Assembly (NCBI GenBank): GCA_963771175.1
Contig: CAVYSY010000001.1
Location: 217,562-281,561, forward strand
From: an uncultured delta proteobacterium
Lineage (GTDB): Bacteria; Myxococcota; Myxococcia; Myxococcales; Myxococcaceae
Length of the DNA: 64,000 bases
Reading direction: 5' to 3'
The notes below the pieces were generated by a model. The model ran no database searches and was not told the DNA's origin. It saw only the letters and a list, made by a program, of their open reading frames with translations. The translations under genes were made by a program, and so were the position numbers. Position 1 is the stretch's first letter. Every line of letters starts with the position of its first letter. Positions 1-13,438 of the stretch are shown here, piece after piece.

Positions 1-890
<890 letters not shown>

Positions 891-957
891 GGTCTTCACA
901 ACCTAACAAGCAACCGCCCGGGAGGGGGGATTTCCCGACCCGCGGTGCGGCCCGACC

Positions 958-1497
958 TCATACGCCGCTTTCAGATTCCCAGCCGGCTGCTTGCTCCCCC
1001 TCCCGTCGACGCCAGTTCAGGTCGTAGCGGCGGTTCTCCTCCAACGCGGCCGCGTGCTGCTCGTCCCAGGTGTCGATGAAGGGCTCGATGCGCGGGGTGA
1101 GCCGCAGCATGGAGCTGGGGAAGCAGCGCTCGGGCAGCTCGTCGAAGATGCGCCGGGCTGTTCGGGCCTCCTCCTCTCCTCGCACGGCCACGTGGGGACG
1201 GACGATCAGGTCCGTATAGTGGGGCTGGCCGCCTGGGCCATCCACCCGGCGTGCTACCGCGGAACTCTGGTAGAAAAGAACCTCCACACCCTGGGCATTC
1301 GCCTGCTCCAGGAAGGCCAGCAGGGTTCGCCCTTCCACCGCCCCCACCAGCAGGGTCTCGGGGTTCCACCGCTCATCCAGGGCGCCCGAGGGCCCACCCA
1401 GGGGGAGGGTCGGGGCCCGCTCTCCGGCGAGGAGTGCCCCGGATTCATTCCGCCACTGGAGCCGCGTCTCGAACTCGGTGATGGGAACGTAGGTCAC
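958..1497 (-). CDS. OsmC/Ohr-like protein
   Basis: ORF 958..1560; likely GTG start at 1497 behind [15 protein letters not shown] and late C(FPSS) resemble the OsmC fold; the first Cys appears absent. Confidence 0.6.
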   Translation of the reverse strand: MTYVPITEFETRLQWRNESGALLAGERAPTLPLGGPSGALDERWNPETLLVGAVEGRTLLAFLEQANAQGVEVLFYQSSAVARRVDGPGGQPHYTDLIVRPHVAVRGEEEARTARRIFDELPERCFPSSMLRLTPRIEPFIDTWDEQHAAALEENRRYDLNWRRREGEQAAGWESESGV

Positions 1498-1618
1498 AGC
1501 ACACCTCCGGGGTGTCACATCCACGGAGAGACCTTCAATGTGCGTGCCGCGGAACCCCAAAGGTGAGGAGTTCCGCCCCTTTACGAGCGATGGGGCAGGG
1601 GGCTGGCCGCCCCTCTGC

Positions 1619-2959
1619 TCATTCGGGTCTGACGAGCAGCACCGGCCGGGTGCTGCTCTGGAGTACTTCCTGCGCCACCGAGCCGGCCAGGGCCTTGGTC
1701 AGCCCCGAGCGCCCGTGGGTGGCCAGGCAGATGACATCGCAGCCGAGCCGCTCCGCCGCCTGGTTGATGGCCTCGGACACCTTGCGGCCGTGGACCACCT
1801 CCACCCGGGTGGAGATGCCGCGGACGGCCGCCTCGGGAGGGATGAGGCCGCGCAGCTCCTCGGCGATGCGCTCCTGCTCGGGCGAGTGGACCACGGAGCT
1901 CGGGGGCGAGATGTACTGGGCGTAGAGGGGGGGCGTGCCACCCAGGGGCTCCAGGACGTGCAGCAGGTAGACGGTGCCTCCGGCCGGCACCACCGAGTAG
2001 GCATGCCGGATGGCGCGGACGCCCACCTCGGAAAGATCCGTGGGGGCCAGCACCCGGCGCACCACGGGGATGGTGACCGCGGCCACCGCGCTGGAGGGGA
2101 CGCACAGGACGGAGATGGGGGACTCGTGGGTGACGCGCTGGGATACCGAGCCGTACCACCACTTGCTCGCCCCGGTGCGTTGGTGGGTCCCCACCACGAT
2201 GAGGTCCGCCTCCTCCTTGCGCGCGAGCGCCACCAGCGAGTCCGAGGGCCGACCCAGGCCCGGATCCAGGTGGACCCACACCGCGCCGTTGCCGGGCATG
2301 TCACCCAGGCGGGCCGTCAGGTCGCGCCGCAGCGCCTCCTCCACCTCCGGCGTCACCTCGGACTCGGGGGAGAGGGGGACGCCGTAGCGCACATGCGCGT
2401 CCGCGCCCCAGTAGTGGTGGGCGGCCACCACCTCGCAGGTGCCGAGCGAACGCAGCTTGCGCACCCAGGCCACCGCCGCGTCCGAGGGAGGCGAGAAGTC
2501 CAGGCCCAGGAGGATGCGCAGGCTGCGCTCCCCGCGGGCCCAGGCCTCCAGGGGGCCCGCCGAGCGGATGACGAGCACCGGGCATCGGGCCGCCTGCACC
2601 ACCCGCTCCGCCACGTTGCCGATGCGCCAGCGCGGCGCCCGCTGCCCATGGTGGGACACGACGAGGAGCGAGGCGTGAACGAGCGCCGCGTGCTCGACGA
2701 GGACCTCGTCCGGAGCGCCCTCCAGCAGGTGGACCTCCACCCGGGCGTCCCCGATGCGCAGCTCGGCGGCCTGCGCCTCCAGGCGGGAGGTCAGCTCGCG
2801 GCGCAGGGCCTCATCGGTGGCGGTGGTGCGCCCCACGTTCCCATACTCGGTGATGTGGACCAGGTGGAGTACTTCACCACTCCGGCGGGCGAGCGTCGCC
2901 GCCGCTCGCCCGGCCGTCATCGCCCGTTCCGAGAAGTCCGTTCCGAAGACGATCGACAT
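1619..2959 (-). CDS. Universal stress protein with three tandem USP domains
   Basis: Repeated USP motifs: IVFGTDFS, ILLGLDFS, VLAPTDLS; ADLIVVGTH...GSVSQRV; ICLATHGRSG...GSVAQEVLQ..RPVLLV. Confidence 0.93.
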   Translation of the reverse strand: MSIVFGTDFSERAMTAGRAAATLARRSGEVLHLVHITEYGNVGRTTATDEALRRELTSRLEAQAAELRIGDARVEVHLLEGAPDEVLVEHAALVHASLLVVSHHGQRAPRWRIGNVAERVVQAARCPVLVIRSAGPLEAWARGERSLRILLGLDFSPPSDAAVAWVRKLRSLGTCEVVAAHHYWGADAHVRYGVPLSPESEVTPEVEEALRRDLTARLGDMPGNGAVWVHLDPGLGRPSDSLVALARKEEADLIVVGTHQRTGASKWWYGSVSQRVTHESPISVLCVPSSAVAAVTIPVVRRVLAPTDLSEVGVRAIRHAYSVVPAGGTVYLLHVLEPLGGTPPLYAQYISPPSSVVHSPEQERIAEELRGLIPPEAAVRGISTRVEVVHGRKVSEAINQAAERLGCDVICLATHGRSGLTKALAGSVAQEVLQSSTRPVLLVRPE

Positions 2960-2979
2960 GGTGCTCCCCCGTGGACTGC

Positions 2980-3417
2980 TCAGGTCTCGTACTCGGCCGC
3001 GAGGCTCCGGCGGTCCAGGTCCTCGATGAGGTGCTGGGCGAAGCGGACCATGTCCGCCTCGGTGAGGATGCCGAGCAACTCGCCGTCCGCCCCCACCACG
3101 GGCAGACAGCCATACTTGTTGTCCAGCATCTGCTTCACCGCGTCCCGGGTGGGCGTGTCCGAGCGCACCGTCTTCACGTCACGCACCATCACGTCCGAGG
3201 CCCACAGCGGCTGCTTCGCCGGATCCGCTCCGCCGCGCTGCGCCGCGGCCTTCAGCAGGTCCCTATGGGTGACGAGCCCGACGAGCTTCCCATTGCGCAC
3301 CACCGGCAGGTGACGGATGCGGTGCAGGCGGAGCAGATCCTCCGCCGCGGCCAGGTTCTGGGTTTCCGTGAGCGTGACCAGATTGCTGCGGGTCATCAGC
3401 TCTCCAACGGTCTGCAT
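2980..3417 (-). CDS. CBS-domain pair protein
   Basis: MQTVGELMT...IRHLPVV..GKLVGLVTHRDL...GCLPVV...LLGILTEAD. Confidence 0.9.
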   Translation of the reverse strand: MQTVGELMTRSNLVTLTETQNLAAAEDLLRLHRIRHLPVVRNGKLVGLVTHRDLLKAAAQRGGADPAKQPLWASDVMVRDVKTVRSDTPTRDAVKQMLDNKYGCLPVVGADGELLGILTEADMVRFAQHLIEDLDRRSLAAEYET

Positions 3418-3466
3418 ACGTGGCTCCGGTCCTTTGCTTTGGAAGGGTGTGTCCTGAAAGAAGCTA

Positions 3467-3483
3467 TTGCAGGTTTGGTTCCA
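3467..3483 (-). promoter_or_regulatory. Candidate sigma54 (-24/-12) promoter for the CBS-USP genes
   Basis: Minus strand TGGAACCAAACCTGCAA: GG-N10-GC spacing, 50 nt upstream of the CBS start. Confidence 0.5.
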
Positions 3484-3666
3484 GGGCGTGCTCCCTTTGA
3501 AGCTCGCCATGCTGGCAGTCTCACCTCAGGGCCACTCAGCGCAACGTTTTCATTCACGAAGGGGCCCGCCGCAGATGCTGCGTTGCCCACCCATCTGATT
3601 CTTGACGGACAGGGAGCCCTCCAGGCGGTTGAAGCCCGGTCCCTCGATGGGCTACACCCTCGCCCT

Positions 3667-3759
3667 GTCGCTAGGGGTGCCTCCGAGAGAGGCTGAGACG
3701 GCCGTGGAGCGGCCAACCCTTGGAACCTGAACCGGTTAGGACCGGCGGAGGGAAGCGGC
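3667..3759 (+). ncRNA. TPP (thi-box) riboswitch
   Basis: AGGGGTGC...GCTGAGA...ACCCTTGGAACCTGAACCGGTTAGGACCGGCGGAGGGAAG; P1 GTCGCT/AGCGGC; directly upstream of thiC. A downstream pyrimidine tract (3771-3784) could pair with the RBS region GGGATGAGGAGG. Confidence 0.95.
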
Positions 3760-3807
3760 GAGCGCTCCACGCCTCGCCTGTCCCTCCCGTGGGATGAGGA
3801 GGAGTGA

Positions 3808-5696
<1,889 letters not shown>

Positions 5697-5834
5697 GGAC
5701 TCGCTGACTCGTGAGGTCCCCCTCCCACCCCCCCCTCGCGATGCCGCAACGTGACATTTGCCCGGGGAGTGGGGGAATATGGGCGCGTCAGGGCGCGGCT
5801 TGACGCGCCCAGTCGTACTTGGAGGGGAACTTCA

Positions 5835-6206
5835 ATGGAGCAGCAGGGTCAGCAGGTCAGCTCGTTCATCACAGGTTCATCGATGCCGACGCAGGATGAG
5901 AAGACGTGGGGGATGCTCTCGCATCTGAGTGGTCTGTTGCTGGCCTTCATCGGCCCGCTCATCATCTGGCAGACGAAGGGCAAGGAGTCCGCCTGGGTGG
6001 AGCGTCAGGCCATCGAGGCGCTCAACTTCCAGATCACCATCGCCATCGCGTTCGTCGCCTCGTTCATCCTGACGTTCGTGGTGATCGGCGCCTGCCTGAT
6101 GCCGCTGGTGGGGCTCGGTGCGCTGGTGCTCTCCATCCTCGCCGGCATCAAGGCCAACAACGGTGAGGTCTACCGCTACCCGGTGACCCTCCGGCTGATC
6201 AAGTAA
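5835..6206 (+). CDS. DUF4870 / Tic20-like small membrane protein
   Basis: DEKTWGMLSHLSG..GPLIIW..K...EALNFQIT...KANNGEVYRYP; three hydrophobic segments. Confidence 0.85.
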   Translation: MEQQGQQVSSFITGSSMPTQDEKTWGMLSHLSGLLLAFIGPLIIWQTKGKESAWVERQAIEALNFQITIAIAFVASFILTFVVIGACLMPLVGLGALVLSILAGIKANNGEVYRYPVTLRLIK

Positions 6207-6232
6207 CCCCACCCGCGTAGGGTCGTCGCATC

Positions 6233-6275
6233 ACGGGCGAGGCGGGCCTCCACGAGGGGTCCGGTCCTCGCCCGT
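6233..6275. terminator. Hairpin between convergent genes (probable bidirectional terminator)
   Basis: ACGGGCGAGG...CCTCGCCCGT inverted repeat. Confidence 0.55.
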
Positions 6276-6289
6276 CGTGTTTCCGGGGC

Positions 6290-7288
6290 TCAGCCGCCGA
6301 TGCCCATCATGGACAGCAGCGAGGCCCCGGCGCCGGGTTCGGTGAAACGGTGGCCGTCGGGTTTCTCACCGAGGGCGTGGCGGATGGCCAGGGCCAGGTC
6401 CGTGTCCGTGGCACCGTTGCGGATGAGCGCGTGCAGCGGCGCCTGGGCACGCCCGCCGAGGCAGCTCCGCAGGTCTCCGTTGGAGGCCACGCGCACGCGG
6501 TTGCAGCCGCCGCAGAAGTTCTGGGTGAGGGGCGAGATGAAGCCCACCAGCCCCCGGGGGGCTCGCCAGTAGCTCGCCGGGCCCGAGGTGGCATCGTGCT
6601 TCGCGTCCTCGGGGACGAGGGAGATGCCCGAGGCCTGGAGCCGCTCCACCAACTCCGCGGTGGGCACTGGCGTCCCCTGGCCGAAGGGCATCAGCTCGAT
6701 GAAGCGCGGCACCATGCCTCGGGCATGGGCATGGGCGATCAGCGCTGGCACCTCGAGGTCGTTCACCCCGCGCATGACGACGACGTTCAGCTTGAGGGAG
6801 GCGTAGCCCGCCTCCACCGCCGCGTCGATGCCACGCAGGGTGGCGGCGAAGTCTCCCTGCTTGGAGATGCTCCGGAAGGTGGCCTCGGACAGGGTGTCCA
6901 GGCTGATGTTGAGCTGGGTGACACCCGCCTCGCGCAGCGGCACGGCCAGCCGCTCCAGGTGGCTCGCGTTGGTGGTGATGGCCACCCGCTCCACCCCGGG
7001 CACCGCGGCGATGCGCCGGGACACCTCGATGATGTCCGGGCGGATGAGGGGTTCGCCCCCGGTGAGTCGGACCCGCCGGATGCCCATGCGCGCGAAGACG
7101 GAGGCGATGCGCTCGAACTCCTCGGCTGTCAGGAGATCCTTCTTCCCACCCCAGCTCGCCGGCGAGCAGTACGTGCAGCGAAAGTTGCACCGGTCCGTCA
7201 CGGACAGGCGCAGGTACGTCATGACCCTTCCCTGGGCGTCGAGTAGGGGAGGGGTCAGGGGATCCCTGGGTGGGGGAGCAAGCGTCAT
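6290..7288 (-). CDS. moaA: GTP 3',8-cyclase (molybdenum cofactor biosynthesis)
   Basis: YLRLSVTDRCNFRCTYC radical SAM motif; FCGGCNRVR..C; C-terminal MGIGG. Confidence 0.95.
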   Translation of the reverse strand: MTLAPPPRDPLTPPLLDAQGRVMTYLRLSVTDRCNFRCTYCSPASWGGKKDLLTAEEFERIASVFARMGIRRVRLTGGEPLIRPDIIEVSRRIAAVPGVERVAITTNASHLERLAVPLREAGVTQLNISLDTLSEATFRSISKQGDFAATLRGIDAAVEAGYASLKLNVVVMRGVNDLEVPALIAHAHARGMVPRFIELMPFGQGTPVPTAELVERLQASGISLVPEDAKHDATSGPASYWRAPRGLVGFISPLTQNFCGGCNRVRVASNGDLRSCLGGRAQAPLHALIRNGATDTDLALAIRHALGEKPDGHRFTEPGAGASLLSMMGIGG

Positions 7289-7421
7289 TAATGGCCTCGA
7301 CTATCAACCACCATGGCCTCCATCCGGCATCCCCGCAAGTCGGTTTTTCCTGCTCGGCCAGGCCTCAGGCACGTCTGGTTGAGCAGATTCGGGGCCACTT
7401 CTGGTCGACCAGAAGTGACTC

Positions 7422-8738
7422 TCACTCGCGCGGGTTGCCTTGACGTCCACCCGCCAGCACCGAGAGAACCACGGGCTGCTGGGCCGGGGTAGAGGAGGCG
7501 GAAGGGGCGGGAGGATGCGCGGCGCGAGTCGCGGGACCCTGTCCGCCAGTTCCCGTTCCCGGGTTGCCAGGACCCGGGATGGTCTGGTCGATATCGTCCA
7601 GATCATCGCCGAGCCGGGCGAGGGTGGCCTCGGCCTCCTGGGCCTGCGCCTCCGCCTGCACCAGGGTCAGCTTCCGGTTGTGCATGTCCTCGCGGATCTT
7701 GATGAGCGCCTGCTCACCGATATCGAGGAAGGCCCGGACGACGTCGCGGTCGAACTGCGTCCCCGCGCAGCGGTTGATCTCCGCGATCGCGTTGGCGAAC
7801 GTGGTGCCCTTGCGGTAGGGCCGGTCGCTCGTCATCGCGTCCAGGGTGTCCGCCACGGCGAAGATGCGCGCGCCGATGTGGATCTCCTGACCCCGGAGGT
7901 TGCGCGGGTAGCCCTGGCCGTCCCAGCGCTCCTGGTGCGACAGCACGATCTGCGCCGGCGTGGCCAGGAAGGGGATGTTCTGGATCATCTGGAAGCCGAT
8001 GTCCGGATGCTTGCGCATCTCCTGCCACTCCTCCGGGGTGAGCTTCCCCGGCTTGAGCAGCACGGCATCCGGCACGCCGATCTTTCCGATGTCATGCAGC
8101 AGGGCGCCCCGGCCGATCTCCTCCAACTCCTGGCCCTTGATGCTCAGGCGCTCGGCGATGGCGTTGGTGTAGCTCACCACGCGCTGCGAGTGGTCCGACG
8201 TCTCGTGCTCGCGGGCGTCCAGGGCCGCCACCAGTGCCAGCAGGGTGGACTGGTAGGTGTGGGCGATGTCCCGGAGCGCGTTGCGCAGCTCGGTCGTGCG
8301 ATCCCTCACCTTGCGCTCCAGCTTCTTCTGGTAGCGCTTGCGTGCCAGTTCGATGCGGCGCTTGGCGAGAGCCCTCTCGATGGCGCGGATGAGATCCGTC
8401 AGCTTGGGCGGCTTGAGGAGGTAGTCCACGGCGCCGCGGCGCAGGCAGTCCACCGCGGACTCGGTGTCGCCATAGCCCGTCAGCATGATGACCGAGGTGT
8501 CCGGGTAGCGCTCACGCAGGTTCTCGAGCAGCCACAGGCCGTCCTTGCCCGGCATCTTCATGTCGCTGATGACCAGTGGCGTCTCTTCCTGCCCGGCGAC
8601 GTCCAGGGCCATCTCGGCGCCACTGGCGACCACGCAGTTGTAGCCCTCCTCTCTGAGGAGGACGGAGATGACGTCGCGCACGGAATCGTCGTCGTCGACG
8701 ATCAGAATCCGAGGAGGTACGGGAGGAATGGCTTCCAC
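7422..8738 (-). CDS. Response regulator with HD-GYP cyclic-dinucleotide phosphodiesterase domain
   Basis: REC (ILIVDDD, SDMKMPG); HSQRV; LLHDIGKIG; HQERWDGQGYP; DAMTSDRPYR. Start position uncertain (GTG at 8738). Confidence 0.92.
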   Translation of the reverse strand: MEAIPPVPPRILIVDDDDSVRDVISVLLREEGYNCVVASGAEMALDVAGQEETPLVISDMKMPGKDGLWLLENLRERYPDTSVIMLTGYGDTESAVDCLRRGAVDYLLKPPKLTDLIRAIERALAKRRIELARKRYQKKLERKVRDRTTELRNALRDIAHTYQSTLLALVAALDAREHETSDHSQRVVSYTNAIAERLSIKGQELEEIGRGALLHDIGKIGVPDAVLLKPGKLTPEEWQEMRKHPDIGFQMIQNIPFLATPAQIVLSHQERWDGQGYPRNLRGQEIHIGARIFAVADTLDAMTSDRPYRKGTTFANAIAEINRCAGTQFDRDVVRAFLDIGEQALIKIREDMHNRKLTLVQAEAQAQEAEATLARLGDDLDDIDQTIPGPGNPGTGTGGQGPATRAAHPPAPSASSTPAQQPVVLSVLAGGRQGNPRE

Positions 8739-8850
8739 GGTCGGCGATTCTAGGAGGATCAGGCTCCGGAAGGCCAACCCAACTCGGTTTTTCGAGATTC
8801 TCGTCCGTCCGAAAGTGGGACGGGGGGGTAGGGAATTCCCCCCTGCCTGC

Positions 8851-9960
8851 TCAGCGACGGGGGAAGCGATCAAAACGGAACGGGGCGAGGTCCACCGAGG
8901 GAGACTCGCCGAGGACCACCTGGGCCATGAGCTTCGCGGTGATGGGAGCCAGGAGGATGCCGTTGCGGAAATGTCCAGTGGCCAGGAAGAGGCCGGGCAG
9001 GGGCCCCGTCCCCAGGATGGGCAGGTGATCCTCGGTGTAGGGCCGCAGGCCCGCCCACGTCTCCTGCACCGGCGCCGAGGCCAGCGCGGGGCAGATCTGC
9101 ATGGCCAGGGAGAGGATGCGGTGCAGGCCCTCGGCGGTGACGTTCTTCTCGAAGCCGGCGAACTCCAGGGTGCTGCCGGCGATGATGCGCCCGTCGGCCC
9201 GGGGGATGACGTAGCCCTTGTTGGAGAAGATGACGTGCGAGAAGAGCGGCAGCCGGGTCTGGAGCTGCACCATCTGCCCGCGCGCCGGGCGCACCACGCG
9301 CGGATCCAGCGCGATGCCCTGCACCAGACCGGACCAGGAGCCGGCGGCGATCACCACGGCATCCGCGCGCAGCGTGTCCCCATCCAGATCCACGCCCACC
9401 GCGCGGCCGTGCTCCTCCACCACCCCTCGCACGTAGCCGGTGCGGAAGGTGACGCCCACCTTCGCGGCGGCCATGGTGAGGGCCCGCGCCAGCAGCCGGT
9501 TGTCGACCTGATGGTCATCCTGGAAGCGCGCGGCGGCCACCACCTGGGGCGAGAGCTGGGGCTCCAGGGCGCGCACCTCGGCCGTGGCGAGCAGCTCCGC
9601 GCGCAGGCCCAGGGCGCTCTGCCAGCCCACGGTGGCCTCCAGGCGCTGGGCCTCGGCCTCGTCGAAGGCCAGGTGCAGCAGGCCGCTGGGCAGGTAGTTC
9701 ACGTTGACGCCGGTGAGGGCGAGCAGCTCCGCGGCGAAGTCCGCGTACATGCCCCGGCTGCGCAGGCCCAGCTCGAGGAAGGGCCCCGGCCCCTCGGACT
9801 CCTGCTGGGGCGCGAGGATGCCGCCCGCCGCGCTGGAGGCCTCGGCCCCGGGGATGGAGCGCTCGAGCACCGTCACCCGCGCGCCGGCCTGGCGCAGCCG
9901 CAGGGCGATGCCACACCCCATCAATCCGCCCCCTACGATGACCACGTTCATGTCACGCAT
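8851..9960 (-). CDS. thiO: Glycine oxidase (FAD-dependent)
   Basis: VVIVGGGLMG; ASSAAGGIL; WAGLRP; ATGHFRNGILLAP. Confidence 0.88.
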   Translation of the reverse strand: MRDMNVVIVGGGLMGCGIALRLRQAGARVTVLERSIPGAEASSAAGGILAPQQESEGPGPFLELGLRSRGMYADFAAELLALTGVNVNYLPSGLLHLAFDEAEAQRLEATVGWQSALGLRAELLATAEVRALEPQLSPQVVAAARFQDDHQVDNRLLARALTMAAAKVGVTFRTGYVRGVVEEHGRAVGVDLDGDTLRADAVVIAAGSWSGLVQGIALDPRVVRPARGQMVQLQTRLPLFSHVIFSNKGYVIPRADGRIIAGSTLEFAGFEKNVTAEGLHRILSLAMQICPALASAPVQETWAGLRPYTEDHLPILGTGPLPGLFLATGHFRNGILLAPITAKLMAQVVLGESPSVDLAPFRFDRFPRR

Positions 9961-10052
9961 CGGTGGCGCTTGTGCTCGCTTGGGGTGGGTTTTGGCAAGT
10001 GCGCGGTGGGTTGGGTTGACGGCACGGGGGCTTTTCCGTTACCAATGGACTC

Positions 10053-10136
10053 GTGCTTTTCGCGTCCGTTCATCACCACCATGCGCATCATCGGCCGGCC
10101 CCGACGGGACCGCTCGCCGTGCGCATGTTCGGGTGA
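10053..10136 (+). CDS. His-rich leader peptide (MLFASVHHHHAHHRPAPTGPLAVRMFG)
   Basis: GTG CTT TTC GCG TCC GTT CAT CAC CAC CAT GCG CAT CAT...GGG TGA: 6 His in 7 codons, 112 nt upstream of hisG. Confidence 0.8.
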   Translation: MLFASVHHHHAHHRPAPTGPLAVRMFG

Positions 10137-10180
10137 AAGCGTCCAGACGCCCCCCCCAATGAACCTGCCGCAGTGACCGG

Positions 10181-10215
10181 AAGCCCGTCCAACCCAGGAC
10201 GGGCTTTCTTCGTTT
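10181..10215 (+). terminator. Attenuator terminator of the his leader
   Basis: Perfect 10-bp stem AAGCCCGTCC-aaccca-GGACGGGCTT followed by TCTTCGTTT; GACGGG at 10103-10108 can pair with CCCGTC (antiterminator). Confidence 0.8.
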
Positions 10216-10248
10216 CCGAGCCCGTCTCCCACCTCACCGAGTACCCCA

Positions 10249-11104
10249 ATGCTGAAAATCGCCCTGCCCAACAAAGGTCGCCTCTCCGAGGAGGTTCGTG
10301 AGCTCTTCAACGATGCCGGTCTGGAGGTCCGTGCCCGGGGAGAGCGGGCCCTCACCGCGTCGCTCGGCGGCGAGTTCGAGGCCATCTTCGTGCGCGCCCA
10401 GGACATCCCCGAGTTCGTCGCCGATGGCGCGGCGGACGCGGGCGTCACCGGGTGGGACCTGGTGTGCGAGTCCGGCCGCGAGCTGGAGCTGCTGATGGAC
10501 CTGGAGTTCGGCAGGTGCCGGCTGGTGGTGGCCGCCCGCGAGGAGAGCGGCATCCAGAAGCTCGAGGACATCCAGGACGGGGTGCGCGTGGCCTCGTCCT
10601 TCACGCGGCTGACGCAGGAGTTCTTCGCGAAGCGCGGCCAGAAGGTGACGGTGGTGCCGGTGTCGGGCGCCACGGAGATCGCCCCGCACCTGGGCATCGC
10701 GGACATCATCGTGGACCTGACCTCCACGGGCTCGACGCTGAAGATGAACGGCCTGCGCGAGGTGGGGACGGTGGTGCAGTCCAGCGCCCGGCTCATCGCT
10801 CGCAAGGGCCACGCCCCCGAGGCGGCGGCGAAGCTGGACGGAGCTGCGGCAGGCGCTGGGCTCGGTGCTGGCGGCCCGGGGCAAGCGCTACCTGATGGCC
10901 AACGTGCCGCGCCGCGTGCTGCCCAATGTTCGCGAGGTGCTGCCGGGCCTCAACGGCCCCACCGTGGTGGACGTGCAGGGCGGTGACTTCGTGGCCGTGC
11001 ACGCCGTGGTGCCCGCCAAGAGCATCTATCGCACCATCTCGGCCCTGAAGTCCCTGGGCTGCGAGGGCATCCTCGTCACCCGCATCGAGAGGTTGATGCC
11101 GTGA
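10249..11104 (+). CDS. hisG: ATP phosphoribosyltransferase, long form (indel near 10838)
   Basis: LKIALPNKGRL, RAQDIP, DLTSTGSTL; C-terminal regulatory domain in ORF 10865..11104. Confidence 0.95.
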
Positions 11105-12403
11105 GCGCCCCCACGCTCAAGTACCAGGGCCGGCTGAAGGACCTGTCCCCCGAGGCGCGCCGCCGCCTGCTGGAGCGCACGGGCGAGTCGGATGCCCGCG
11201 TCGCGCAGCGCACCGCGGATCTCATCGCCCGCGTGCGCCGGGACGGGGACAAGGCGCTGCGCGAGATGGCGCGCGAGTTCGACCGCGCGGAGCTCCAGTC
11301 GCTGGAGGTGCCGCGCTCGGTGTGCGAGGCGGCGCTGGCATCGCTGGAGCCGAAGCTGAAGGACGCGCTGGCCCGCGCGGCGCGCAACATCGCCAAGGCG
11401 CACGCGGCGCAGAAGCCCCAGGCCACCGAGGTGGAGACGGAGCCGGGCATCCTCGTCGGGCGCCGGCCGGATCCGCTCGGGCGCGTGGGCGTGTACGCGC
11501 CGGGGGGCCGGGCCGTGTACCCGAGCAGCGTGCTGATGGGCGTGGTGCCGGCGAAGGTGGCCGGGGTGGGCGAGGTCATCGTCTGCTCGCCGCCAGGCCC
11601 GGACGGGAAGCCCTCGGCGGGCGTGCTGGCGGCGGCGGCGCTGGCGGGAGCGGATCGCGTCTTCGCCCTCGGTGGGGCGGGCGCGGTGGCGGCCATGGCC
11701 TACGGTACGGAGAGCGTGCCCCGGGTGGACCGCATCGTCGGCCCGGGCAATGCCTACGTGGCCGCGGCCAAGCTGCAGGTGGTGGAGGCGGTGGCCATCG
11801 ACGCGCCGGCGGGCCCGAGTGAGATCCTCGTCGTCGCGGATGGTTCGGCGGACCCCGAGGCGGTGGCGCGGGAGATGCTGGCCCAGGCCGAGCACGACCC
11901 GGATGCCTGCTGCGTGACGGTGGCGGTGGGCGATGCGTTGGCCCGGGCGGTGTCGAGGCGGTGGGCCGGGCGGCGGCGCGGGCACAGCGCCAGGAGATCG
12001 TCGCGAAGGCCCTGGGCGAGCGCGGCGCCGTGCTGAGCGTGGACACGCTGGAGGAGGCCTGGCCCTTCGTGGCGGACTTCGCTCCCGAGCACCTGCTCAT
12101 CGCCACCCGGTCTCCGCGTGGAGGACCTGCCGAAGGCTGCGCAACGCGGGCACGGTGTTCGTGGGCCAGTACGCCTCGGTGGCCTACGGCGACTACATGA
12201 CGGGCGCCAACCACGTGCTGCCCACGGCGGGACTGGCCCGCGCGTACTCGGGACTGAGCGTGCTCGACTTCTACCGGTGGACCACGTACCAGCGCGTGGA
12301 GCGCGATGCGGCGGCGCGGCTCGCCGATGATGTGGGCCTGCTCGCCGACAGCGAGGGCCTCTTCGCCCATGCCGACGCCGCGCGCGGCTGGAGGAAGCCA
12401 TGA
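11101..12403 (+). CDS. hisD: Histidinol dehydrogenase (indels near 11953 and 12110)
   Basis: GVYAPGG, IVGPGNAYV, PAGPSE, QAEHDP, APEHL, GDY.TGANHVLPT. Confidence 0.95.
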
Positions 12404-13438
12404 ACCTGCCCTCTCGCGCCTCCTACCGGGACATCCCGCTGTACTCGCCCTCCAAGGTGAAGTGCGGCGTGGACCTGAGTGACAACACCAACCTCTTCGG
12501 CATGCCCCCGGCCGCCGAGCGCATCCTTCGCGAGACGGTGGCCTCCCAGGTCTCCAGCTACCCCGTGGGCTATGCGCCAGGACCTCAAGCGGGCCGTGGC
12601 CGCCTACACGGGCGTGGAGCCCTCGCGGGTGACCACCGGATGCGGCTCGGACGACGTCATCGACAGCACCCTGCGGGCCTTCCTGGAGCCGGGCGAGCTC
12701 ATCGCCTTCCCGGACCCCACCTTCGTGATGATGTCCTACTTCGCGAAGGTGAACGGGCTGCGGTACGCGCCGGTGCCGCTCAAGCCGGACTTCGACATCG
12801 ACGTGGACGGGCTGCTCGCCACGGGCGCGAAGCTCATCTACGTGTGCTCGCCCAACAACCCCACGGGCACGGTGGCCTCGCGGGCCGCGCTGGAGCGGCT
12901 GGTGGACAACGCCCCGGGCATCGTCCTGCTCGACGAGGCCTATGCCGAGTTCGCTCGGGAGAGCCACCTGGACCTGGCCTCGCGGCCCAACGTGCTCGTG
13001 ACGCGCACGCTGTCCAAGGCCTTCGGGCTGGCGGGCCTGCGGGTGGGCTACGCGGTAGGCAACCCCACCCTGGTGGCCGAGGTGGAGAAGGCGCGCGGGC
13101 CCTACAAGGTGACGGGCCTGTCCGAGCGCATGGCCGTCGCGGCGCTGCTCGAGGACGTGCCGTGGATGAAGGCGCGGGCGGCCGAGTCGCTGGCCATCCG
13201 GGAGCGGCTGGTGGCCGAGCTGGAGAATCTGGGGCTGAAGTCGTTGCCGGCCGAGGCCAACTTCGTGATGGTGCCGCTGCCCGGCGCGCTCGCGGTGGCG
13301 GAGCGGATGCGGCAGCGGGACGTGAATGTGCGGGCATTCCAGGGACTGACGGTCGTCGGGGACGCGCTCCGGATCGGTTGTGGCCCGTGGACCCTGATGG
13401 AGGCGGCGCTGACGGCGCTGCGAGAGGCTCTGCGATGA
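12400..13438 (+). CDS. hisC: Histidinol-phosphate aminotransferase (indel near 12577)
   Basis: CSPNNPTG, DEAYAEF, RTLSKAFGLAGLRVGY. Confidence 0.95.
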
